A DNA stretch of 64,000 nucleotides from Paramecium tetraurelia (Eukaryota), in the NCBI GenBank assembly GCA_000165425.1, contig CT868027.1, positions 1 to 64,000 on the forward strand, in the 5' to 3' direction. Of the stretch, positions 27,462-41,700 are shown piece by piece. Below the pieces are notes generated by a model. That model was given only the letters and a program-made list of their open reading frames with translations, did not search any database and was not told where the DNA came from. How positions within the stretch are numbered: position 1 is the first letter of the stretch; each line of letters opens with the position of its first letter. A program made the translations under genes and the position numbers.

Positions 27462-28005
27462 TACATTTTTTATTAGTACAATATTATAAATCATAAAAAT
27501 TCCGTCAAATCCAATATTGGAATCAATAAAATATATTAAGAACATCATATAAAAGATGAAAGTTTTGTTCTTTATGTACATATTGCTGCAAATTCTTAAT
27601 TACAATTATCAATTATTTAATATTTCTTCTTATACTCTTATTTTTTTTGTTTAGTACTCATTTGTTCACTTTTTGTGAAACCTCTTAAATAAGTTTATCA
27701 AATACATCTAATTATTCTGTCTATCTTAAACTTTATAAGTAATTCTAATCTTCTCAGAAACATATCTTAACTTTGTAGCAATAATAGGATTAAGTTTTTG
27801 GGGTTGCAATATTTCAAATAGTTAAAATTATGAATGTTTTATATTTGCAATAATTAGTATTTAATTTAAAATAATCGTTTATATCAGACCTATTTGTTTC
27901 TAAAATAAAGATTAGTTATTAAAATACTAATAAATCATATATAGAGTTATCATTTTTAACTAATAAATGAATTACAAATATCAAATTAATTTTGTTTATT
28001 AAAAT

Positions 28006-28707
28006 ATGTTCGTTAATAACTATTGCTTGTCAATGAATTGTATTGTTGCTCCACTTAATGGTTGTGGAGGTATATACTTAGGGAATGTGGACGCAGCCTA
28101 AGACTCTCAATTACTTAATTAATACAAAATTGGAGCTGTATTGTAAATATTAGATTAATCAGTCCCTGTCAAAGGAGCCTAGAAATTAGTAATCTTTTAT
28201 AATTATGTTTAGTGGATTATGGCTGAGGATTCAGAAGACTTTCCTCTATATAAATACTTTGATTAGAGCATAAGATTTATAGAGAATTAAAGCAAAAAAA
28301 CCAATGTGTTGATCCATTGTTATGCTGGTATATCTAGATCTGCTGCAATTGTGGCTGCATACATGATGCAGAAATACAATTGGAGTGTAAATTAGACCAT
28401 ACTTCACATCCAAAGCAAAAGAAGGATTGTGAGTCCAAATTCAGGATTTATGAAATAATTAAAAGATTTTGAAAGGAAATTGTCAAATCAAGATCAATAA
28501 TTATCATTAAATTCATTTAAATTGGATATGTCTAATTACAGGCCAAGTTCAGCTATGTCAAATTACAATAGTATAAGCACTACAGCCATGGGGAATTACA
28601 ATAAAGTAAACACTTAAAACACAAAGTCATCTTCAAGATTAGATGATTTTAGCAACAAATTGGATCAATTTAGACATTAATTGAGGGTGAGACAAAAGGC
28701 TTATTGA
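28006..28707 (+). CDS. Dual-specificity protein phosphatase
   Basis: [10 protein letters not shown], catalytic [35 protein letters not shown]; one 24-nt intron. Confidence 0.93.
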
Positions 28708-28742
28708 ATTTACTTAATATAAACTCAATTATTAATATAAAT

Positions 28743-30613
28743 ATGTTTAAAGACTTAGGATATCAATTGCTAATTAAATGGAAACTCTGGAAAGTATTGG
28801 TAGTGATATTTCCATTTACATTTATTTATGGAATATATCTGCTCTTTGTGATATCTTCGAATTCAGATCGTAATTCATTTGATGGAAGTCAATTAATTCA
28901 TGCTGAGGTCAATAATTAATTGGCTTAAACTTTAAGTTTAGCTGCTGAGTCATACATGAAAGAATTCGGAAAGACAAATGACATCCATTAATTATTGATG
29001 GAAAAACTTAGTAATCTTGGTTTGGAAACATTTTCTTAGGAGAAGTACAAAAATGTGATAGGGAAATTGAAAGCACCAAGAAGTCCTGATTATGAATGCA
29101 GTTTGATATCATTTGAATATAACGACGAATCTCCCAATATTAAAATTAGGAGTATTGCATATGTGTTGGCACTCATTAAACTATATTAATCAGATTGTAT
29201 TAAAAATATGACTATTCTTAGAAATCAATTATTTATCAAGAGACATAATATTTGTGGGCTATCATACAAATTATAAGAGATACGGTCAAGGAATCACAGC
29301 ATTTTTAGAAGAATATGTAAATCCCTAGAGAGTATCATTTATGCCAAGATCAGGAACTATCAGATCTTCTATTAATATCAATCTAGATGATAAATTTGAT
29401 TCTGTTGCATTAAAGGTGTTTGGATTGAATGGCAAAGTCTCAGACAGAGATTATTACAATAGTATTAACATGCTTATGGAGAAACAAAGCTTTTAGTATC
29501 AATTTACAGAAACGAATTACAATTGGATGCTTCAACTAGAAAAGTACTTAGAAAAGGAATTAAGAACATATTGGAAATTATTTCAATTAGATTCCATTTA
29601 TTAACTACCCCAAAAAAGATTTTTACATATGGACCCTTATTTTTCAAATTAAATTGAGATGTTCCAAGGAGATTTACATGAGGCACACTCATATATTATG
29701 AAATACGGAATTTATTCATTAACATTGAGAGGGTACAATACTTAAAATAAAGATGATTCAGTTTTATTGACTAATAAGTTGTTGTTGGTAGGAGAAGCAA
29801 GTATCAAGGCTTTGATGGCTAATGATGAATTCATCCATTCTGGTTCAACTCTTTATCTACCTCTAAACAGAAGTTTCACATTGACAATTCAGAATTATTG
29901 TTTACCTTATGTCTTTGTGATATTGAGTTGTGCCATCTTTGCCATCAAGTCTGTTTATAGCAGGTGGCATTTTAATCTATTTAATGATAATAAAGAAGAA
30001 TTGGGTAGAAGCAATTCAATGGTTGCTCATAAAGCAATCATTGAAATCTTTATGGGGTTCACTTTATGTTTCATTCCAAATATGATAAGTTATTTTAATA
30101 ATAAATAATATGAGTATTTCGATTAATATTTTGTAATCATGCTTGTGATTATAGTAACTTACTTGATACTCATATATTCTTCTAGGAAATAAATTTTTGG
30201 ATAATTTTCATTGCCTCGTAGAGAAAGTGTTGCAGAATGGTTATGGGTTGAATTAGTGATCTAAGTGTGCTTTGTTATGATGTATGCAGGAATAGTTCAC
30301 ATTCCAATAGCTACTTTTATTGCCATCTTCTTAGGACCTTGGTTTTTCTTTATTTAACCATTGAGATTTAAACGTACTATTATTTGTTATTGTAGCTAAT
30401 TTCAAGTTGTGGGATATATTCACATATGTGATTAATTTACTGTTCTTATATGGATATTTCTAGATATTATCATACTTTGGATTTGATTCGATGCTGGCAT
30501 TTTATAAGCAGGTGGTCATCAATTATAATAATGTTGGAGTGCATTTGTTTTATTACTTAAATGGGGCCTTGATTCCATCTTTATTAAGATTTGCTGAGTT
30601 GTTGTTATTTTGA
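28743..30613 (+). CDS. GAA1: GPI transamidase component Gaa1/GPAA1-like
   Basis: N-terminal TM; NVIGKLKAPRS, VFGLNGKVSDRD, FIHSGSTLYL resemble Gaa1 motifs; multi-TM C-terminus; several short introns. Confidence 0.75.
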
Positions 30614-30684
30614 TGTTGATTTAAGATAAATATATATTGTTAAGGGGATAATTAATTACATTAATAATAAAAATTTATAAGTAA

Positions 30685-32172
30685 TCATGGTGATTATTAT
30701 TATTTTAATTTGTTTTAATATTTATCTAGTTGAATGTGTAAAGTCTGATTAATCACTTTCATTCCCAAATAATCAGAATTCAAGATTGTCAATTTCTAAT
30801 TTTACTTTTGAATCTCTTCTTAGTACCTAGACTCTTATTCTTATAGTCTTTACTCTAATTTATCTACTGATTCAACTCTAATCTTAATATCCTTTAATTC
30901 TTTCTAACACTACTACAATTCTTAAGTTTAATTTGTTAATATCTGCTCTTTTATTGTTAGTTCCACCTGGATTGCTTTTAAACACTTTTAAGTTTCTACT
31001 AGTTCTCTTTTTAATTCTGATATCTTAGTTACTAATTTCTGATTCTCTTCTTGTTGTAGGATTAACTCATCTACATTTAAAGGGTTAAAATAAGTATTTT
31101 AAACACAATTTTTAATTTTTTAATTGTTCCCTTTTTTCTTGTAACTTTTTTGAGAATCTTTTGGAGATGTCATTGTTTCAGCACTGCTTATACTTGGATC
31201 TTTCGATTATAATTCATATTTCAATTACTCAATTTCTTCATTCAATTCCTTTATTTTCTTCTCATTTACTTTACTTTCAGATTGAATGAAGTAGTAATCA
31301 CTTACTAATTAATCATACTATTTTCTTTGAGTATTCAAATCTATCGATTGTTAATTGTATTGTTTTTGTAATTGTTTTTATTTTTCAATTGAAATCTACC
31401 ACTCCTATGCTATATTTTCCATCTTATCCCTAAATTCCTCTCCTACTTGAACACTCTTATTGTCTTATTCCACTGTAATTTGGGTTTCTCTATTTACATT
31501 TTCTTTACTAATTTGTAGCAGTTCCTTTAATCTCCTATTCTCAAAATCATAGTCTCTTAGAACCAATTTATATTGTTCAACTTCCTTATACATTTCATCC
31601 TAATTCTTCATTGAAGCTTAATGATAGAATTAAGTTTCTGTTTGAACTAGTTTAGATATTTGTTCCTTGACTTTTGTTGTTGACTCCTATTGTTTCACAC
31701 TGTAGTTCATTCCTAAATCAATCTCTGTTTATGATGTTTCGGAAACATTATTGTAAACTAAATCAGCCTGAGTATTTTGGGAAACCTTTATCATCTAAGT
31801 TTTTCTCATTAGATCCTATTGCTCCAACTTTAAAAGTAATTCCTTTTTTTGTTGATTAGACTAGAGGATCATATTCTTAAAACTGAGAATCTATTTCTCA
31901 TATTGTTCTATTGATTTATCTTTCTATTTTATAATCTCATTTAATAACTCCTATTTCTTGTCTTCGCATTGGATCTCTTTATCAACAGAAACCTTAGTTT
32001 TATCCTTACTCTTCGAAAGTATTAATTCATTTGTTAATCTCTCCACTTATTCACGTAACTACTGTTCCTCATTGATGTTTGGCTTTCGATTCTACATAGA
32101 ATAGGATTCTAGTAAGTTTCTCTTGACTGTCTCCCCTCCTGATTCAAATAGTTTTTACTGTCTTATATGCAT
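30685..32172 (-). CDS. Coiled-coil hypothetical protein
   Basis: MHIRQQKLFESGGETVKRNLLESY...; E/Q/K-rich heptads; TGA at 30687-30685. Confidence 0.7.
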
Positions 32173-32665
32173 ATAAAAATAATTAATAAATTTGAGAATT
32201 ATGTTGAACTTCCTTTTCCAATAGAATTACAATTAGAAGAATCTAAAAAGTTAATTACTGTTACCAAGATACTTATATCCTTATTACATATTGTAATGTT
32301 TTCTCAAAAATAATTTTTTTTTCTTCAAACTTTCTTATTGATAATTCACATGACAAGGTTGCTTTCATGGCATGACTACTTCCAGGTCTCTTTCGATATG
32401 AATTTTACACTTAAATCAATTTTAGACGCAATACAGTATATTTTTAGGTTTGGATACTAGGGTAAGATAAATTTAAAGTAAATTAACTCTTAAGAAAACT
32501 TAAGATCATAAATAGAAGTAATATACTAAAATTATTTAAAATATTCATTCATTAAATATTAAAGAATTCATAATATAAATTCATTAAAAAATGGAGATTT
32601 TATAAAAAGGCTATTGGATATTTATAAGACTTTTTTTGATTTAAAATATCATTGATCTTTTAGAT

Positions 32666-33550
32666 TCAAAAATAAGCTTCAAATTTTTCAAAATTTAACT
32701 TTAACTCTTTAATTAGATCGCATGAACTCCAGTCTAATTAATCAATCGCTTTTTAATATCTTTTAATTTCACTTGAATAAATAGATTTGCTGATTAATTT
32801 CATATAATTTTATTGTTTTAAACTAATTGCATCGCATTATCTTTTCAATTAATTTACATAATTCTTTTCCACATCATAATCAAATTTAAGAAGTTTTTCT
32901 TACGAGAATTTTTCTTTCTTAAATTGATCCCCTACAAAGTATTTTACCTCATTTATTAAGTTAATACTTGTAATTTGTTTGAAGTCCTCTATACTGAATA
33001 TTGCAAGCTCTTTTAAAATTAATATAAAGGTTATTTCTTAAAAGGAAATTAGAAAGCCTAAGATGCAAAATAAAGGAATGTGAATAAGAGAATTAATTTA
33101 ATTATGCTATTCAATAATTTAGCATAATGTGCATTTTGTTATGATTTCTTAGGTGTTTCTTTTGCCTCATTTCGAGCTGCACGTCTTTGAAACTATCTTT
33201 TTAAACTCTTGTTTCCATTAATATGATAAATATAATACCTGTGCAAATAGTTCAAATTCTTCATCTGGTTGAAAGTGCCTGTAATATTTGCCTTAATGAG
33301 GATGTGCTTAAGGTTTTTATTGCTAGAGCGCGTAACTCTCTCTTTTTTCAGGAGATGATAATGTGGAATAGGCTTCTGAAATCCTTTTGAAAACTTCTTG
33401 TGCATTTTCTGCATTATTTTTATCAGGATGATATTTCAATGCTAATTTTCTATATGCTTTCTTAAGTTCATCGTCAGTTGCATTTTTCTAAACACCTAAA
33501 ATGTCATAATAATTCTATAATTTCAGAAGATGATTTATCTCCTCTTTCAT
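32666..33550 (-). CDS. DnaJ protein, DNAJB12/14-like (J domain, TM, lumenal domain)
   Basis: NYYDILGV...[17 protein letters not shown]...[12 protein letters not shown]; central hydrophobic helix; C-terminal domain with two Cys. Confidence 0.88.
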
Positions 33551-33600
33551 TTTTTGGATGTAATATATAAATAATAAACAAATATAACATAAATTAATAA

Positions 33601-34466
33601 TCATGAAAATGAAATTTAATGTTAAGTGTGATTGTTTGACTAGTCTATCTTTTGATTCTAAAATATTATTAAATAAATCTTATTACTTATGGACTTATCT
33701 GCCTGTATTATTGAGCTTTGCTCTTTTCAACAGGCAAACCATTTAACTGTTATCTAATTTTACCTAACATCCTATTTTGAGGTTAGAGATCTACTGGTAG
33801 TTCATCCCTCTCAACCAATGGGGGATTCATAAACTCAATCTGTCTATAAATGAAGTCTCCCCAAGTTTCTCTGGGGTCAATGACAGGATCAAGCAATTAT
33901 TGCTTTTTAGGTTTTTCATAGATATTTGGAATGCGTTCATATGGTGTTCGCAAACGCAGATGTGTTATCATGATTTCATAATTTACAAATCTGTAATCAT
34001 TATCTTTGGCGAATTGATAGTAGGAAGTGAACTCGAGAATTTCTTGTATGAATTCAAAAAGAAAAAAGGCTGGACGATAATTTCCATGTAGAATAGCATA
34101 ATCTAAAGCAGAGAACCCTTGATTTGAACGAATGGTAATATCAGCACCAGATTAAATTAATAGAGAAACTAATTTTTGATTATCTCTTTTGCAAGCCCAC
34201 ATGAGAGGTGTAACACTTGAGGAACCTCCATCATTTGGATTAGCTCCTATCTATTTCTATTATGAAGTAAAATCTACATCCAAAAATAATTGAACTAGTG
34301 CCATGTCATTTCTCCAAGCAGCTCTGGCTAAGGGAGTTTAAAGGATATCCTTAGCTAAGTCTTCATTGATTAAATTAGGAGACATTTCTAGGATGGGTCT
34401 TATTTTTTCTGTTTTTGTCTAATCTATATACCTTAAGAGCCGCTCCTTCTAATTATGATTGCCCAT
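33601..34466 (-). CDS. Ankyrin-repeat protein, possible N-myristoylation (MG)
   Basis: TPLARAAWRND, VTPLMWACKRDN...GADI, FSALDYAILHGN; two short introns. Confidence 0.85.
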
Positions 34467-34500
34467 TTTATTTTAATTATTAAATTCATTCTCTATTACT

Positions 34501-35358
34501 ATGCTTGTCTAAGAATAAAAATAGAATAGAACTAGTAGATGTAAGAAGTGCAATCAGGATGTTCCTAACTCCCAATTGTATGCACATTATGAGAATTGCT
34601 AGAAGTAATGTTTAAATGATTAACCCAACTCCAAAGAAATTCCTGAACAAGTCAAACCTACAGTGATTGATGATAAACAGTAGTTGCATCAGCACTTATC
34701 TAACATTGTTCCTTAAGAAGATGAGTTATAAGCCAATTAATAATAAGTAGCAATTGGTTTTAGAATGTTGAAGCTATGTGAAACATGTCAAGAGTATTTC
34801 CAAGTGGAAATTTATTATAATCATTTGAATGAATGCTAAACACAGAAATAAGCCTAAATACTTAATCAAAATTCGATTAACACGAATACGTTGATTTTCT
34901 AATGTTCAGAAGAAATAGGTGGAAATTTCAAAGCTTTTGAGTAAGTTAAAGAAGAACATACATCGGAAATCATTCACAGCAATTATATAGTGTACAAAAA
35001 AACAAAAATAACAAAGGATAAGAACACTGGATTCACACATTATCACACTACATATGAAAGCAAATAGAATATAATTTCTGAAAATAAAATACTGGAAAAT
35101 AAAAATCAAACTAAACCTAAGGAAGAGATCACCACTAATGATAAGATGCCTAGTTTGATAATATAAAGCCCACTAAACTTAGATGTTACTTAAACACCCT
35201 AACCAGATGATGAAGAATTATGTCCTATTTGCAATAAATAGTATGAGTTACTAGATTAAACTAAACTATTTGAGGATTGCCAACATTTATTTCATTTAAA
35301 TTGCATCTAAAAAGATGTCTGTCCAATTTGTGCTGCATAACCATAATAAAATCAATGA
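34501..35358 (+). CDS. C2HC zinc-finger plus C-terminal RING-H2-like protein
   Basis: CKKC...HYENC and CETC...HLNEC; C-terminal CPIC...CQHLFHLNC...CPIC. Confidence 0.8.
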
Positions 35359-35794
35359 AATATACTATCTCATATAATATTATTCAATTATTATTTTCCG
35401 ATGCACGGCTTTGATATTCAATATTCACATTTTATTGATGTATAATTATATAATACACACTAAAAATTATATTTTACTATTCTTAATCAATTAGAATTCT
35501 TAAGATTTTTTGATTTCCTTTGCAATATATCAAAAAAATCCCATTATAAATTATGGTATACATATTGAATTGAACAGTAAGAATAAGGCCAACTTAAGAT
35601 TTTAAATTAAATAGATATAAATAATGATTAGACTACAATTACAGACGATAAAAATAGGAACAACTTGGTTTGACAAAGCTAATCAGTTATATAATAGCTA
35701 TTCATATCGAATATAGAGAGTAGGTGTTATAATAGAGATGAATGAGGAATTTATTTCTTATTTATTAATTCATAATAATAATTAATATATATAT

Positions 35795-38700
35795 ATGTCA
35801 AAAGACGAAGCAGTAACTGCGACTTTAAAATAGCGCTTATCTGCAATTCAGGACAAGGACATCTACTTTGAAGACAGGGACTCATTTAGTGAAGATGGGG
35901 TATTGATAAAATTAAGTTTAGAAATACGGAGAATATGTCCAAAAACAGAATAAAGAAATTATGAAAAAGGTTTAGGAACTTTTGAATGATGGATAGTCCA
36001 CAGTGAATTAGCAGGAGGAATAAAGTTTTGCTGTTATGAATGAGAATCAGAAACAAGAAATTTTAGAAGACTTAGAAGAAGAATTTGGTTAGTCATATGT
36101 AGAAGCGAAGGTGAAAGTGAACACTTACATAAAGCTGATTCCTAAAAATGAATTACAATTGGCATACATTTATAGTGACAAGTATTTGAGTTGAGTATTA
36201 CTTAGATATCCAATGTTGGCCATTCGAAAGTAGATTTTAATATTTACAAAACTGATATCATCTTACGCCTAATTAATTACTACTCACCCCCTGTTTGAGT
36301 TAATGACATTGTTAATGATCATTTTCAACTCAGCCATGCTTGCTCTGGATGATCCAACCACTGACGTTTAAACATCTTTCTAAGATTTAACAGATATCAT
36401 TTTTTTAGCCTATTACACAGCTGAGGCAGTCTTGAAAATAGTAGCATTGGTAAACTCTTATAACTATTCAGGGATTTATATTTCCTAAAAAAGCCTATTT
36501 GAAAGACACATGGAATATTTTAGATTTTTCAGTGATTGTAACTGCCTACATTCCTTATTTTTTGGCATCCAATTCAGTAAATCTGAATGCTTTGAGATCC
36601 TTTAGAGTGTTGAGACCCCTAAGAACCGTGTCTTCAATAAAGGCGCTCAGAACTATTTTGTTAGCATTATTTGCATCTATAGCTCAATTGAGAGATGCAG
36701 TAGTGGTTCTGATATTCTTTTATTCAATATTTGCAATAGCAGGAGTCTCTTTATTTTCTGGATATTTGAAAAGAAGATGCATAGGTGAAATGAGTGGAAT
36801 CACATGGATTTCTGATGAAATATTATTCTGTGCTGATGATAATAATTGCCCATTTCCAGAAGACACCATATATAATGAAAATTTTATTTGTGGGAAACAA
36901 ATAGCGAATCCATAGAACGATTTGGTCAATTTCGATACATTTGGTTATTCATTCTTATAGGTTTTCATAATAACTACATTGGAAGGATGGACATAGATTT
37001 AAACAGCAGTTATGCTCACGTTTTCTCAATACGTTGTTTTATATTTTATTATTGTTGTTATTGTTGGAGCCTTCTTTTTGGTCAATCTTACATTGGCCAT
37101 TATCAAATTAAATTTCAAGCCTGAAAAAATTCAGGAAGAATTGGCTTAAATTAAGGAGGAGATTGAAGAATACGATTATAGACAACTTAGACAATTAAAA
37201 TTATATGAACCAGAAAGGTATATAGTAGATACTAAGGGTTATGGTACCACCTGGGATAAGCATCATGATTTCGATCAAAATGCAATTATGAAGCGAAGAG
37301 ATAATTCTAGAGGAGGAGCTTCTTAGTTAAATATGATTAAATAGAATAACTTGAAGAGGTTGAGAGGAAAAAATAAGGTAAGTTTTCAACCAATTAAATC
37401 TGCAGTGTATTATAGTAATCCAATTGTATTGAAAAATAAATAATTAAAAATTGAAGGAATTTATGGGATGGGTAATCAGAGTAAATTAAATCAATAACAT
37501 TAAGGAACTACCTAAAATAATAATAATAATAGATCTAGTGTAGTAAGAAGAAGCAGTCAAAGTAGTAACAATGATGATAGAACATCTTCTAAAAAAGAAG
37601 AAAAAAACAATAGCAATAGTAATAACAACAACAATGAGAATGAAAGTCTAAGTAGACCCACAAGATTTGCCCCAAGAAAAAGTATGCAATTTGGTGAACA
37701 ACAAATAAGTTCAGAATTTCTGAATTCTCCTATGATGGATTAATTGACTGAGAATATTCGACCATTAAATGGAGGCACCATGCTTGTTCATCACAGAGGC
37801 TCTATGGAAAGTAGTAAGAGTGGTGAATCAAGACCAGACAAAACTCCAATAAATAATCAACTTGAAATACCTAGATTGGGAGAGAGTATATATATTGAAT
37901 AATATTCATAGTTAGACAACAGTCTTAGAATGTGAAATCTAATTAGAAGTTTAGCTTAGTTGCTGGTATGAAATATTAGAAGCCTCCAAGAAATTCCCCT
38001 AAACCTGATTCATAGAAGTCTTTGGATTAGAATGAATTTGACAGTGTAAATTTGAGTGAGTTGAATACAATATCAGATGATGATCTTGATAGAAGATTAG
38101 AAGAAATGGACATATTCGTTTAGGATAAGAATGGAGATTCAGAGAGTGAAACCAAAAAGAAGTAAAATTAGAAGGAAATGATTAGATAAAAAAGAATGGA
38201 AAATAGGAGATTAAGAGATTTAAATAAGAATACTTAATAACATTTAGATGATACATCACTGAAATTGAAATCCAAACTTTTTAAAACAAAGTTTTATCCC
38301 ATCATAGCAATTGATTAAGATTTTTTTAGTGTAAATGATGTTCTTGTTTCCAGGATGCTATTACAATTAGAAAAGGAAAAACTGGAGCAAGAAGAGAAAA
38401 TTAAGGAAATGGATATTAAAATTACATATTGCTTTAAAAATTCTAAATAATCTTTGGAATTGAAAAAATCAAGTTCTGGCAAAATTAAAAGTATGACTAA
38501 ATCAGGCTATTTAAAATCTGGATTGAAATCTAAGAAAAACAACTTAAGTTTAAGAAGAGTGTAACCAATTATGGATGAACTACATCCATTTGAAGATCTA
38601 CAGTTTCCGACAGACAAGAACTTTGAGAATTAAGAGGATTAAAATCAGGAAAATGTAAATGAAAACTCTGATTCTGATGATGAACCTGAAGAGAATAATG

Positions 38701-41700
38701 AAAAAAATAATAATTTTAATGGGAGTGCAAGTTAAAAAATTAAAGTAAAAAAGAAAAAAAAAGATTAAGAGTAAAATGATAAATTAGATTTTGAATAAAT
38801 GGGTGAAAAGTTTATCGAAAGTTCTGATTGCATAGTTGATTTAAATAGAATTCATGCTGTTGAAATTGAAAAACAATTCAATTAACAGGAATTGGCACTT
38901 ATTCCAGCATGGGAACTTGAATAGCAAAAAGGCGTTTTCTATTAAGAATATTAAGATATTAAATAAAAAGATATTGAAGAAAGCAAAGGATCAATTACTG
39001 CATAGGCATCTATTGAAGATGTATTATTAATTGCTGATTACACGTTTTATGATTAAAAATTTGCAAAATAAATGAACTCAGTGATGAAAGCTCTAAATTA
39101 TTCAAGAAGAGAAACCTTTATTTACCTATAAGGATTTATTGGATTTTTAAGAGTGTGTTAAAACCATTTGTTATATTTTGTTTAATCTAGCTATTTTGAA
39201 GCTGCAATGAATTTAGCAGTTGCATTAAACACTGTAATTTTAGCTTTAGATGGTCTACTGCCAGATAGCAGTGCAAATACTTTGAATTAATTCAATTTAG
39301 GATTCACTATCTTATTTACTATTGAATTAGGATTAAAATTAATAGGAATGGGACCAAAAAATTATATTTCTGATACTATGAATATTTTTGATGCCATAAT
39401 AGTAGCATTGAGTTTAGTAGAACTATTTTTTCTAGGAGGAGGAACAAGTGGGAAATCATCATTGTCAGCCTTTAGATCTGTAAGAATATTCAGAGCATTC
39501 AGAGTGTTGAGAGTGACTAAATTGATGAGAAGTTTACAATTTATGGGTTTCTTAATAAAAGTATTGGGAAATGCATTTCAATCTTTTATGTACATAATGG
39601 TTTTGCTTGTGCTTTTTATTTTCATTTTCACATTGCTAGGAATGGCATTTTTTGGTGGACAGCTGTCTAAAACTCCAAGTAGATAGAGTTATGATGATAT
39701 TCAAAGTGCCTTTTTAGTAGTATTTTAAGTGCTCACATTGGAGAATTGGAACAGTATATTATGGGACTTGTTGATTTAAGATGTTTCTGCATTTATTACA
39801 GTTCCTTATTTAGTATTTTGGATTATGATAGGAAATTATGTCTTTTTGAATCTGTTTCTGGCTATTTTACTAGAAAATTTTGAGGAGGAATACAAGAATG
39901 ATAAAGCAGGTCTCGACACTAATATTGAGATTGGATAGGATTCTATCATGGACAATACAACCTAAGCTGTTAATTCGACTAGCACTTTGAAATCTTAAAT
40001 GAAAACAAAAAAGGCGACTGTTGCTAAAAATTTAGAAAATAATGAAGATCCTGAATCGAAGAAGCATAAGTAATTATAATAAGTATTCCAATATTTTGTT
40101 GAACCAGGAATCTGTTAATTCTCATTATATATGTTCTCTTAGGAAAATATAATTCGAAGAATATGCTATAGAATAGTAAAGGATGATAAATTTGAAACTC
40201 TTATTTTCTTTATGATATTTCTCACATCGACCAAATTAGTTTTTGATACATACATTCCTGACACTGGATAATTAAAAGAAACATCATTGTAGATTGATAT
40301 CTTTTTTGCTGTGTTTTTTGGAGTTGAAATGATTATGAAAATAATTGCTTTTGGATTTGTGCAGCAAGAGAGTTCTTATTTAAGAGAATCATGGAACATA
40401 TTAGATTTCTTCATTGTGATAGCATCATTTATTGATGTAAGTGTTTCAACAATCAATCTGAGTTTTGTGAAGATCTTGAGATTGCTTAGAACACTAAGAC
40501 CATTAAGGTTCATCACTCATAATAGATCAATGAAAATTTTGGTGTCAGCATTATTATAATCAATTAATGGTATATTCAATGTGGCCATAGTTGTGATATT
40601 GGTTTGGATGATGTTTGCAATTCTTGGTATAAATTTAGAGAAAAACAAAATGCATTATTGTGATACAGGAGATGATGAAATATGGTATCATTATGGACCA
40701 GAGGAGTGCGCATAACATGGTGGTGTTTGGGCAAATCGAAAAGTTAACTTTGATAACATATTGAATGGGATGTTGTCTTTATTCATATTATCAACATTGG
40801 AAGGATGGCCAGATCAAATGTATTGGTTTATTGATGCAGATGAATCAGGACCAATCAAGGGTGCTCAATTATAGTTTTCTTGGTATTTCATTGTATTTAT
40901 TTTGGTTGGTTCCATATTACTGATGAATCTGTTTATTGGTGTTATATTGGTCAATTACCATTTAGCAGAAGAAGCTTCAAGAGATAAGATATTAACACAA
41001 CCACAAGTAGATTGGATCGAATTGTAAAAATTGATTGTTCATGCTAATCCAAACTTGGCTATGTTTTTTAGTCCTGAGAATCCGTTTAGAGCCAAAGTGT
41101 TTATCATTATTAAACATCGGTACTTTGATCCAACTATTCTAATGATTATTGTATGCAATATAGTAACTATGGGGTTATCTCAAGATGATTCTCCATTGCC
41201 TATGATAGTATATTGCAATCTCTTAATACTGCATTCACTTTTGTATTCATCACTGAAGCACTCCTGAAGATCATCGCATTGGGACCAGTAGGATACATGA
41301 GGAATTCATGGAATCAATTTGACTTTTTTGTGGTATGTGCATCCATTTTGGATTTGATACTGTAATTCACTGGAAATTCATTTATCTCATTTTTGAGTGC
41401 AGGACCACAATTGGCTAGAGTATTCAGAGTACTTAGAGTAACAAGATTATTTAGATTGATCAAATCATTTGAAGGATTGCAGAAACTTATAGAAACAGCA
41501 ATTTACTCATTACCTGCTATGTTGAATGTGACAGCTCTATTATTTCTCGTTTTCTTCATCTTCTCTATTCTTGGTGTGTTTCTCTTTGGATCCATCAGAA
41601 GTGGATGGGCAATAGACGATGTGAATAACTTTTCAGACTTCCACCATTCCTTTGAACTCTTATTCAGATGTTCAACAGGAGAAGATTGGTACAAAGTCAT

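Noticed and set aside
37510..37640. AAT/AAC microsatellite-like runs
   Set aside because: They encode poly-Asn in the channel I-II linker and are not an independent repeat element
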